Shown: positions 38,418 to 46,982 of the stretch, one piece after another
How the letters are laid out: each line of letters begins with the position of its first letter
How positions within the stretch are numbered: position 1 is the first letter of the stretch
Origin: Kiritimatiellia bacterium
GTDB taxonomy: Bacteria > Verrucomicrobiota > Kiritimatiellia > UBA8416 > JADHWI01
Length of the DNA stretch: 64,000 nt
Direction of reading: 5' to 3'
NCBI GenBank assembly: GCA_030744755.1
Contig: JASLPY010000016.1
Location: 6,959 to 70,958, forward strand
Made by a program: the position numbers and the translations under genes
Notes under the pieces: generated by a model
The model's database searches: none
What the model saw: the letters and a program-made list of their open reading frames with translations, nothing else
What the model was told of the DNA's origin: nothing

Positions 38418-40238
38418 TCAGGCTTCTGCTGCCGCCGCAGGGGCAAGGCTCTCGAGCTGCTGCTGAAGGGCGCAGAGATCACCAAGAAACTTCTCGCGCT
38501 GATCTTCAAGATACTGCAGGGAAAAATCGCGATAGTACTGGATGCCTTCCATCAGGTTCTGCGCGAACTCCTCGCACTGTTTTGGCGTTTTTGAGATAAG
38601 GCCTATGGAGCACCTGTGAATCTGGTCACGGAGGTGCTCAATGTACAGATGCAGTTCCTGGATGAACATATGCGGCCTGTCCGAGGTCGTCAGAAGCGAC
38701 AGTCGGCCGTAAATGTGGCTTACCATCTCTTCAAGTCCGGTCAGCTTGCTGAAATACTTGATACTGGGCCCGCAGCAGATTGCAGGGTCGGCATTCTCGT
38801 CAATACCGAGTTTGCGCTTCACAGTGCCTCCCAGGTCATGACAGATACAGGATTTCGCAAGTATCATTTCCTTCTTTGCATCGCGCAGTTTCTCCGTGAT
38901 CTCTTCGGATTCCAGGTCGGCGAGACTTAGCTTCTGGTAGGCGCGTGAGGCAAGGCACAGCCCCTGCTTGGCATAGGTGTCATCAAATCGCAGGTAAGCC
39001 TTCGGACATGGGCTTCCGGGCGTGTTCGCCTCAATGTGTTCACGCCGCCTGTTCTCACTGGCAGACGTTTTCAGGTTCCAGTACGGCACGCCTACCGGAG
39101 AACTGTCGCTGAGGAAGACATCGTCCCCGGTACACTCGACGAGCTTCTTCTGATGTTCTTCGTCTACATTGATTACATCAGTGGCCATCATGAAAGGTGT
39201 GCCCCAGCCGGTCCCGTTGACATCGTAGCTCTTCATCAGCATGTCCTGTTCTTCATTGCTGACTATACCGCCCTGCACGGTGACGCGAAGTTCCTGAGGC
39301 CGGTCCAGCGGAGAGTCAGAATTTGCCTCCCGGGCTTTGCTGTATACCGAGTTAAGCTTCTTTTCAAGCGCCGGCCTGTTCTTCTTGAACTCATCCAGTA
39401 TGGGTCCCAGAAGCAGTCCAAGCGTTGGAAATGTGTGTCCACCGCAGTTCAGTCCTGACTCGATGCGGTATTCGGAGACCCAGAGTCTCTTCTTTGCAAG
39501 GTATCGTCCCTGGATCATTGCCGAACGGTAATCGCTTACCTTCAGAACGATCTTCTTCTTCAAGACTCCATGATTATCCGGGAAGAAATCATCGAAGTTC
39601 GACATATAGCTGTAGAGGTGCTGGTTCATTCCCGCGGAGAAGATGATCGCAGAGCAGAGCGTGCTCTGCGCGTAACCACGCAGAGCGGACATGGCATCAT
39701 TGAACTCCATGGACAGTTTCTTTCCGCCGTGGTAGTTGACGCAATTCAACTTTGTCATGATGTTCACGTCGATGCTTCCGGGAAGCGCACGCGACCGAAG
39801 CTCGTCCTGGAGCTTGGTCTTTTCCGTCGTGTCGCTGGTACGGCACATCTTGTGATAGAGTTCCTTGAGGGGATTCTCAGGGAGCATCTCGTAGTAGCGG
39901 GTTATTTCGCTTCCCTTTTCAAATGGCGATGACTGCAGCTCCTTGACCTGCCTCTGAACAATTCTGTTGAGCAGGTTGAGATACGCGGTGATTCGTGACG
40001 CCCGGTGGTCTGAATCGCTGTCGGAGATTTCGTCGTACGGCTCGCCAAAATGTTCACTGTAGAACTTGCGAACCTGTTCAATCAGGACGTCGTCGACCAG
40101 TGATACTACGGAGGATATGCCGTATTTAGCTACTTTCAGGGGGGTGTCGATCGAGAATCCGGTCCCCATTACTGGAATGTGGAACGTGTGTCCTCCTTCG
40201 TGCACACTCTTTTCGTTCTTCGAGATATCGTTATTCAT
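38418..40238 (-). CDS. NMO/FabK-like (FMN TIM-barrel-like) protein with a ~250-aa Cys-containing C-terminal extension; function unknown
   Basis: 'HIPVMGTGFS', 'ESGLNCGGHTF' and 'VTVQGGIV...GTGWGTPFMMATD' line up by eye with the 'PIxQGGM', 'EAGGH' and 'AAGGI...GTRF' motifs of nitronate monooxygenase / FabK. ATG 40238 is preferred over TTG 40301. The gene ends 45 nt upstream of the SNF2 gene. Confidence 0.55.
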   Translation of the reverse strand: MNNDISKNEKSVHEGGHTFHIPVMGTGFSIDTPLKVAKYGISSVVSLVDDVLIEQVRKFYSEHFGEPYDEISDSDSDHRASRITAYLNLLNRIVQRQVKELQSSPFEKGSEITRYYEMLPENPLKELYHKMCRTSDTTEKTKLQDELRSRALPGSIDVNIMTKLNCVNYHGGKKLSMEFNDAMSALRGYAQSTLCSAIIFSAGMNQHLYSYMSNFDDFFPDNHGVLKKKIVLKVSDYRSAMIQGRYLAKKRLWVSEYRIESGLNCGGHTFPTLGLLLGPILDEFKKNRPALEKKLNSVYSKAREANSDSPLDRPQELRVTVQGGIVSNEEQDMLMKSYDVNGTGWGTPFMMATDVINVDEEHQKKLVECTGDDVFLSDSSPVGVPYWNLKTSASENRRREHIEANTPGSPCPKAYLRFDDTYAKQGLCLASRAYQKLSLADLESEEITEKLRDAKKEMILAKSCICHDLGGTVKRKLGIDENADPAICCGPSIKYFSKLTGLEEMVSHIYGRLSLLTTSDRPHMFIQELHLYIEHLRDQIHRCSIGLISKTPKQCEEFAQNLMEGIQYYRDFSLQYLEDQREKFLGDLCALQQQLESLAPAAAAEA

Positions 40239-40569
40239 AAACTGGTGGTTCCTGCACTTTTTTTCTAGCGCACTGTAGTATGCCTTAGGTACGAGGGTCA
40301 AGCCCGAGGTTCTTTAGGTTTTTCCGCCGCTGTCGCGCTGTTTACAGGGGAGCGCGTGGCATTGGGCAGGAAAATCGACCTGTCGCAGCACGCACCATCT
40401 GGCCTGGCACACCTGTCCGTCCTACGAAGAATTCCAGCGCCAGAGGCCTGGCTGACACCGGAGATCTTGAATTCCCGTGACAGCAGAAGAGCCATCTGCG
40501 TTGTGAAACAGATCAACGGGGGCAGGTTGAAACGGGGGCACCAAATTCTGTTTACCCACAGCACAAGGG

Positions 40570-40946
40570 GTTAGGCGCTAGGTGTTAGTAGCTAGGATTC
40601 TGGGACAGCGCAAAGCGACCCCACCGTTTTGAGGTTGTGTCCGAGAAGTTCTGCAATTTCGATAATTCCGAAGTCATAGGAGCGACCGAGCGTCAGAGAA
40701 GGGAAGATTAGGGCCAAAGATTAAGGCGAAAGATTAAGGACGAGACAGCCATGCAACCCCTAATCTTTCGCCCTAATCTTTTTCCTTAATCTCTCTTTCC
40801 GGGTTCCAGATGTAGAGTTCTGCGTTATCTGCGAGCCCATGTGGGAATTTGCAGAAGATTCCGTACATAACCCGTTTTGAGTGGGATACGAGGCAGGCAT
40901 CGCTACGTGGACGGCGGACCTTTCCCGCTAACGCCTAGCGCCTAAC
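40570..40946. repeat. 19-bp inverted repeat (one mismatch), CTAG/TAG-rich, bounding a ~375-bp non-coding segment
   Basis: GTTAGGCGCTAGGTGTTAG (40570-40588) versus the reverse complement of CTAACGCCTAGCGCCTAAC (40928-40946). Both arms carry stop codons in all three reading frames of both strands. Confidence 0.8.
40705..40792. repeat. palindromic array of six 9-bp boxes (3 forward AGATTARGG, 3 reverse CCYTAATCT) at exact 13-bp phasing
   Basis: Forward boxes are at 40705, 40718 and 40731; reverse boxes are at 40758, 40771 and 40784. The symmetry centre is near 40748. It can fold as a hairpin of about 88 nt with one mismatch per box. Confidence 0.85.
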
Positions 40947-40947
40947 T

Positions 40948-42366
40948 GTTGACTGCCACGACATCGTTTACAGTTTTTAGTGCCAGGACATCGTTTACAC
41001 TCGACATTTTGTAACATGAAAGTTTGCACATATATGCTGAAGATGTGCTCCACGAGAGGAGGAGCACATGCAAGACAGAACAGAAAGGGATCGCCAGCAA
41101 GCGATCGAGAGGTACTTGAGGGGCGAGAAGCCAAGCAGCATATGCGCTTCGCTGGGCTACTCGAGGATGTGGTTCTACAAGTGGCTGAGACGCTACAAGT
41201 CGGGGACGCAGCATTGGTTCAAAGAGCGCTCTCGTCGACCTGCCGAAAACCCGAACTGCACGCAACAGGAGATTGTGAAGATCGTTACGTTTGTGCGACA
41301 GAGCTTGTACAATGCCGATCTCTTTCATGGTCCACAGGCGATTCTCTGGGAACTGGAGGACCAGGGAGTCAAACCGCTGCCTTCGGAGCGAACGATCGCG
41401 CGCATCCTTGCTCGCGAGGGATTGACTCATCGACGGACGGGCCGCTACGAACCCAAGGGAACGAAGTATCCCCAATGGTCGGCGCAGAGCCCTGGGGATG
41501 TGCATCAGAGCGACTATGTTGGCCCGTGCTACATTCGGGGCCAGAAGGCTGTCCGGTTCTATGGGCTCAACAGCATCGACGTGGCTACGGGACGATGTGC
41601 AACCGAACCGGTATTGGCCAAAGGCGGAGATCGCACCGTCAAAGCCTTCTGGGCCAGCTGGTTGCGATTGGGAATACCACGCATCCAGCAGTTCGACAAC
41701 GAGCTGGTGTTCTTTGGCAGCCGTCGCTTCCCCAGGGGCATGGGACAACTGATTCGGCTGTGTCTCTGGCAGGGGGTCGAGCCATGTTTCATCCCGATGC
41801 GAGAGCCATGGCGCAATGCAGTGGTGGAACAATTCAATCATCATTGGCTCCAAGGCATGCTGCGAAAACAGGAGATTCTATCAGCTGCGGACTTACGGTC
41901 GAAAATGCTCGCCTTCGAACAGAGACACAACAGCCGCTACCGCTACAGCAAACTGAAAGGCAAAACGCCGTTACAGGGCCTCGCGGCCTGTCGCAAACAA
42001 CTGATATTCCCCAGCTCAGAACAACCTCCTCGTTGTCCGATCCCGAAACCAGAGACCGGCAGGTATCACTTCATCCGCTTCATACGAAGCGATGCACGAC
42101 TCGACCTCTTCGGCGAGACGTTTCACGTTCCTTCAGAAACTGTATACGAATACGTTCGTGCAACAGTCGATGTCGCCAATCAAAAGCTCACTCTCTTCCT
42201 CGACAACACAGCGATAGACGAAAAACAGTATTTCTTACGATAGTCACTTGTGGGCCCCGACCTCGGATCCAGTCGCCCTCCGGGCTCCTTCCTCCGAGGC
42301 CGGAACCCACAAGTGTAAACGATGTCGTGGCACTTCATGGTGTAAACGATGTCCTGGCATTTGAGA
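40948..42366 (+). mobile_element. IS element (DDE/rve transposase; IS481-like organisation) with duplicated 19-bp terminal motifs
   Basis: TGCCA(C/G)GACATCGTTTACA occurs twice at the left end (40954, 40981). Its complement occurs twice at the right end (42314, 42341), with the same 27-bp spacing. A candidate 7-bp direct repeat CCTAACT flanks the element (40941-40947 and 42367-42373). The exact termini are uncertain. Confidence 0.8.
41068..42243 (+). CDS. IS transposase (N-terminal HTH + DDE integrase-core/rve domain)
   Basis: HTH-like 'IERYLRGEKPSSICASLGYSRMWFYKWLRRYK'. Catalytic-core contexts 'VHQSDYVG', 'IQQFDNELVF' and 'PWRNAVVEQFN'. A strong SD (GAGGAGG) precedes the ATG. Confidence 0.85.
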   Translation: MQDRTERDRQQAIERYLRGEKPSSICASLGYSRMWFYKWLRRYKSGTQHWFKERSRRPAENPNCTQQEIVKIVTFVRQSLYNADLFHGPQAILWELEDQGVKPLPSERTIARILAREGLTHRRTGRYEPKGTKYPQWSAQSPGDVHQSDYVGPCYIRGQKAVRFYGLNSIDVATGRCATEPVLAKGGDRTVKAFWASWLRLGIPRIQQFDNELVFFGSRRFPRGMGQLIRLCLWQGVEPCFIPMREPWRNAVVEQFNHHWLQGMLRKQEILSAADLRSKMLAFEQRHNSRYRYSKLKGKTPLQGLAACRKQLIFPSSEQPPRCPIPKPETGRYHFIRFIRSDARLDLFGETFHVPSETVYEYVRATVDVANQKLTLFLDNTAIDEKQYFLR

Positions 42367-42383
42367 CCTAACTACTAACCACT

Positions 42384-42410
42384 GCGTTCTGCGCTCACAG
42401 CGCAGAACGC
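42384..42410. repeat. perfect 12-bp-stem palindrome just outside the IS right end
   Basis: GCGTTCTGCGCT-cac-AGCGCAGAACGC. There is no U-tract on either strand. Confidence 0.8.
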
Positions 42411-42530
42411 TCCAGAACAACTCCAAACTTCCCCGACGCGCGCACATCGGCTACTGTTAAGAAGAGTACTTGGGACGGGTGAGTCTTCCCCGCCTCTTGA
42501 ACGTGGACGTTGAAGGCAGGACGTATACGG

Positions 42531-45308
42531 ATGGGTCGAGCAAGGAAAAAACGCAGGCGAAGTGGTGTCGGAGCAGTCATGCTGATTGCTGGCATTCTTC
42601 TGGCTGTAGGATACGTGATGGTCACGCGGGATAGATCCGCTGACCGGGTACAGGCCATAGAGAAAACACTTTCCAAGGAAAACTGTGCACTTCTCCCCCT
42701 GTCACTCGAGGTCGCCAGGGGAATCTCAACAATTCGCTATGCCCTTCCGGAGACGACTTCCGAAGCGGGTTTCTACCTGCGTCATGTGACCTCGGGCAGG
42801 GGGACTCTTTTGCGATCTGCCGGCGGGGGCATTGGCCCTGGAAGCCTGCACGTTTATCCCACGTTGATCGTACAGCAAGTCTCATCAAACGGCCCCGTAC
42901 GGGTCGTCGCGGAAAGTGACGGATGGGAGCTTTTTGAAGTCGTTCCCGAGGGTTCCGAACCTGTGGCGTCACAAACCCGGATCCACGAGTTCGAGATGGC
43001 CGATGGGTTCATGCGCAGCAGCCTGGCTAAGGGCGATGGGTGGCGTGTTCTGAACGGTGAATGGAACCTCAACAAGTACGGGGGCGGCATACCAAAGACG
43101 GCGGCTGAAGCCGTTGATTCGAACTTTCAAAGGGCCGCCAATCCGTTCACTGTTATTGCCCGTTCCACGGATGGCAAAGAGGCTGTCATGGTCTACGATA
43201 CCACTTCATCGAAAGGTGAGAGCTACTTTGCCGAGGGGCGTTTCCTGATGGGGTCGCCCAGCGTGAAGAGGTTACGACGCGATAAAAGAACGGGCAAAAC
43301 TACTTCACAGTTTCTCATAGCGCAGGGGAACCTGGACGGCCCGCAACTGGCCTTCGGATGGTGGCCTGATGATTCCGGTTCATCCTGCTGGCGCATGTGC
43401 TACAGAAGGGGGCAGGGCGCGTGGAGGATCCTGAGATCCTGGGTCAATCGACCGCCGTTGGGCACCTGGGCCAGGGTCGGCATAGGTGTCAACCACGGGC
43501 ACCGTGCATTCGCGATGCTGGACGGGCAAAAACTCGGTTCGGTCAAACTCAACGTGATTGTATCAGGACCTCTCCATATTCACATCGGGGGAGACGGCGT
43601 TACCGCGGAGTTTGATGACATAAAGGCGGGGCCCTTCTCGGTCAGGGGCGGAGCCATTGGAACCCCCGTGTTTGTTCCCAGCCGTAACTTCGCCACGAAG
43701 CGCGGCGAAACCCGTCGTGATCCCGTTCAGTTTGATCAGTGGGCAAGGGGTCTGAATGCGTATGAAATAGCAGGAGACAGGGCCACAACGCGGATGTCGC
43801 TTTTTTCCGACTTTACGTACCGTTCCACCCCGTCTCTCCCGGAAGGCACTTACACGTTCACGCTTCTGAGGGGCCTCGACCCCAGGGATCCTTCCCGACA
43901 AGCAGTGGAACTGGCATTCAGAAAGACCGCGGCGGGTTGGCAGATTCCACGCGACGACAAGCCCGGAACAGCTTTCTCCCTGGAACTTGGCCGCCGTGGC
44001 AGTTCCATTGTTGTTAGAGATGGCAGTGAATTTCGAACCATCGGCCAATGCAGTGGGCCCGTTCATCTCAGGATCACACAACCTTTGGGAACTTCCTTCA
44101 AGCCGGAGGCCCATAGCTTGTCGAGCACTAGAATGTGGCACGAAATGTTCGAGAAGGCGCCATCCGACTGGTACTGGCATGGCGGTGCTTTCGGGATGAA
44201 TCTCCGGTGGGCATGCAGACCGGGATGGAATTTTATGGCGGGAAAATCACCACACCTGTGTGCCCTGCTCAGCAAGCACGCTTACGTTGGCGACCAGGAG
44301 ATAGACTGCTATATGGCCTTGCCGGCAGTTATTCCCCAGAGCCGGGGTTTCTACATCAGGAGAGATTTGTGCCTTTCGTTCTGCTCGGACGGACAGAACC
44401 TTGATTCCGGCTATGCGTTGATTTTCGGATCTGAGCACAATACGAAAACAGTTCTGAAGAAGAAGGGCCGTATCATTGCCGCCACCACGGATCCAAAGTT
44501 CCTCTTTCCCCTCAAAAAGGGCCGCCAGCTCTATGATGTACACTGGTTCTGGTGGAACTTCAGGATCCGGAAAACACGACAGAAGATTGTTGTTATGTTG
44601 AACGGCAAGGAAATGTTCGAGGTATACGATCCGAAGCCCATTCCAGACGGGCACCTGGCTTTCTGGACCGTTAGAAACGGTCTCGTGCTATCACGTGTAA
44701 CTGTTGCCGCCGAGGATCGCGTTCCACGTCCGGAAGTCGGTATTACGGAACCGTCCAACGAGGGATTGTTGTGGCGTCCCCCGTATGAGGACAGTGTCGT
44801 GCTCAGCGCTGAGGGGAGTATGACGAAGGTTAAGAATCATTCGGGCGGTGGCACTTTTGCCGTTCGTACATCATCGACTGTTGACCTGTCAAAAAAACCC
44901 GTGCTGGAGATACCATTTCGGTCTGATGACGAGGCAAAGGTCAACCTGCATATTGGTATTGGGGGACGCTCTTACCTTGCGATGGTATCGGCTCCTATCA
45001 CGGAGACACCCTTCCTCATATCCGGTGTAGCCCCCGAGAATGACTACGAGATTGTGCGCCTGACCGGGGGTGAACTCTCCGCAGTCTACCTGGGGGCAGC
45101 ACGTGTGATGGATGGAAAACTGACCCTCGACCTTGGCGAAGCACTTGAGAAGAAAGGGATTCAACCGGAAGGCGAAACCGAGATCCTGCTCACGCTGGGG
45201 AATACGAGTAACGAAAAGTACCTTATGGCCGGCTTCTTCGGCAACCATGCCGGGACCAGGTACTGGCTGGGGAGACCGCGATGGCTGGCTTCAGGAACAA
45301 CAAGATAG
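42531..45308 (+). CDS. large membrane-anchored protein with LamG/concanavalin-like (DUF1080-like) jelly-roll regions
   Basis: Basic N-terminus plus TM ('RKKRRRSGVGAVMLIAGILLAVGYVMV'). 'GDGWRVLNGEWNLNKYGG' and 'DGHLAFWTVRNGLVLSRVTV' resemble LamG-like hydrolase/lectin folds. ATG 42531 is preferred over TTG 42510. Confidence 0.65.
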   Translation: MGRARKKRRRSGVGAVMLIAGILLAVGYVMVTRDRSADRVQAIEKTLSKENCALLPLSLEVARGISTIRYALPETTSEAGFYLRHVTSGRGTLLRSAGGGIGPGSLHVYPTLIVQQVSSNGPVRVVAESDGWELFEVVPEGSEPVASQTRIHEFEMADGFMRSSLAKGDGWRVLNGEWNLNKYGGGIPKTAAEAVDSNFQRAANPFTVIARSTDGKEAVMVYDTTSSKGESYFAEGRFLMGSPSVKRLRRDKRTGKTTSQFLIAQGNLDGPQLAFGWWPDDSGSSCWRMCYRRGQGAWRILRSWVNRPPLGTWARVGIGVNHGHRAFAMLDGQKLGSVKLNVIVSGPLHIHIGGDGVTAEFDDIKAGPFSVRGGAIGTPVFVPSRNFATKRGETRRDPVQFDQWARGLNAYEIAGDRATTRMSLFSDFTYRSTPSLPEGTYTFTLLRGLDPRDPSRQAVELAFRKTAAGWQIPRDDKPGTAFSLELGRRGSSIVVRDGSEFRTIGQCSGPVHLRITQPLGTSFKPEAHSLSSTRMWHEMFEKAPSDWYWHGGAFGMNLRWACRPGWNFMAGKSPHLCALLSKHAYVGDQEIDCYMALPAVIPQSRGFYIRRDLCLSFCSDGQNLDSGYALIFGSEHNTKTVLKKKGRIIAATTDPKFLFPLKKGRQLYDVHWFWWNFRIRKTRQKIVVMLNGKEMFEVYDPKPIPDGHLAFWTVRNGLVLSRVTVAAEDRVPRPEVGITEPSNEGLLWRPPYEDSVVLSAEGSMTKVKNHSGGGTFAVRTSSTVDLSKKPVLEIPFRSDDEAKVNLHIGIGGRSYLAMVSAPITETPFLISGVAPENDYEIVRLTGGELSAVYLGAARVMDGKLTLDLGEALEKKGIQPEGETEILLTLGNTSNEKYLMAGFFGNHAGTRYWLGRPRWLASGTTR

Positions 45309-46963
45309 CGGTTGCCGGTGTTGCGGCTGTCACCCTTCTGCTGGATATCGCCGATGTCTCCTTTCTCGGCCTTCCACTGTCGATTCTCTGTCTTGCGGCC
45401 TTTTTTGGATTGATCGTCTTTGCCCGTCCCGAAGCACCGGGTGCACCATGCTGGTTACGCGTTCTCTTTCTTTCCTCGCTCTGTCTCGGTCTCGTGCCGC
45501 TTGCGGGTGGCGGCCTGGGCGATGGGGCCAGGGAGCTCGTGCAGGCATTTGCCGTTTTCGGAATAGCATGGACGTCGTATGCGGCATTGACTGACGAGGA
45601 GCGGAGAAAGTGGTTGAATTTGTTGGGTCTGGTTGGGGCCGGTCTGGTCATCATTAACATTGTTCCCGTTCGTCTTCCGCTGAGTGACGCCAGGTTGAGC
45701 CTGCTGATGTGCCTGTTGGTTCCGTTCATTGTTTCGCTTGCCATTAGATCCCGGTTCAGCGCTTTCCTGGTCCTCCCCATGCTTACCTTGTATGCGTTTT
45801 CGTCTCAGAACTCACCGTTGATGATTACCGGACTCGTTGCCGTGGGAGCGTTTCTGTTCATCCGGCGCGGAGGGCTTTCCCTGTTTCACTGGGTGTCGTT
45901 TGCAGCGGTGATGATTCTCGCCCTTTGTCTCCTGGGTAGCGTGCGAAAGGATTCCGTTTCCTGGCGACGGGCGGAAACCGGCAATCTCAAGAGATTACTG
46001 ATTGAGTACGAGGCCGTCCCCGGGGCGGTAACAGCCTCTCCCGTTGTCGGGCATGGCCTTGGCCGGTACCGCAAGACGATAGGCCGTTACCTCAAGCGTT
46101 TTCCCGACCCCGATGACAATCGAGTAACTCCTGATACAAACAGCATTTACGCGGTTCTTGCCGTGGAGGCCGGCCTGCCGGCTTCTGTGCTTCTGCTCAC
46201 CGTCCTCGCCTGGGTGACATGGCGGGGGCTGCACAACGATTCCGGGACAAGCCCAGAACTCGTTGCGGCAACGGGCGCCCTGGTTGTCTCGGGTCTGTTC
46301 ACGGTTCCCGTAGCCAGGGGAACAGGAATCCTTGTTGGATCGATTCTTGGTATGACGGCAGCCGCAACAGAATCCACTATTCCGCCAGGGTTTAGAACAT
46401 GGATAACCAGGTGTTCGGTCTTTGCATTGTGCCTCGGCCTATGCCTCGGAGCTGGACTGCTGCCCGGCAGGGACGAACGTGGAGCCGGTTTGACTGTGAT
46501 GAAGCCATCCCCGCGAGCCGTCTCTGATTACTGGTTGATCGAGGCCGAGGATACTATCGGTGAGCCGATCGCACCACTTGCGGTGACCGACGCGAACGAT
46601 GCATCGGGGAACCGTGTGCTGAAGATTCCACTTGGTGCCGGCAAGGGAAAGGGAGAAGTTGTGTATGCCATACCCAAGCTGCCCCGAGGCACTTACACTG
46701 TATGGGCGAGAGTATTGTGGCATGACGGTTGCGCCAACTCAATCGGCTGCGTCATCGGGAGAAAACAGATGGTCATCAGCGATGAGATATTCAAGCGATG
46801 GCACTGGGTGCCATCCGTTCAGACGATTGTGCTGGGGGCGGGGGATGAAGAACTGCAGCTGCGCAATACGGAAGACGGGATCATGGTCGATCAACTCATC
46901 CTCTCTCCCGATCCCCGTTTCGTGCCGCACGGAATAGTGAAAGACACCTCGCTTGATCAATGA
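45281..46963 (+). CDS. O-antigen ligase/polymerase-like (Wzy_C) membrane protein fused to a C-terminal CBM6/35-like domain
   Basis: It has about ten or more TM helices, the family-typical 'VVGHGLGRYRK' after the large loop, and a C-terminal 'YWLIEAED...GTYTVWARVLWHDG...WHWV...LQLRNTEDGIMVDQLILS'. It overlaps the upstream gene by 28 nt. Confidence 0.7.
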   Translation: MAGFRNNKIAVAGVAAVTLLLDIADVSFLGLPLSILCLAAFFGLIVFARPEAPGAPCWLRVLFLSSLCLGLVPLAGGGLGDGARELVQAFAVFGIAWTSYAALTDEERRKWLNLLGLVGAGLVIINIVPVRLPLSDARLSLLMCLLVPFIVSLAIRSRFSAFLVLPMLTLYAFSSQNSPLMITGLVAVGAFLFIRRGGLSLFHWVSFAAVMILALCLLGSVRKDSVSWRRAETGNLKRLLIEYEAVPGAVTASPVVGHGLGRYRKTIGRYLKRFPDPDDNRVTPDTNSIYAVLAVEAGLPASVLLLTVLAWVTWRGLHNDSGTSPELVAATGALVVSGLFTVPVARGTGILVGSILGMTAAATESTIPPGFRTWITRCSVFALCLGLCLGAGLLPGRDERGAGLTVMKPSPRAVSDYWLIEAEDTIGEPIAPLAVTDANDASGNRVLKIPLGAGKGKGEVVYAIPKLPRGTYTVWARVLWHDGCANSIGCVIGRKQMVISDEIFKRWHWVPSVQTIVLGAGDEELQLRNTEDGIMVDQLILSPDPRFVPHGIVKDTSLDQ

Positions 46964-46982
46964 AGGACAGCACAGTAGGGCA

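Noticed and set aside
40705-40792. Possible CRISPR-like array
   Set aside because: The repeats are only 9 bp with 4-bp spacers, they are arranged as a palindrome, and no cas genes are present. It is not a CRISPR array.
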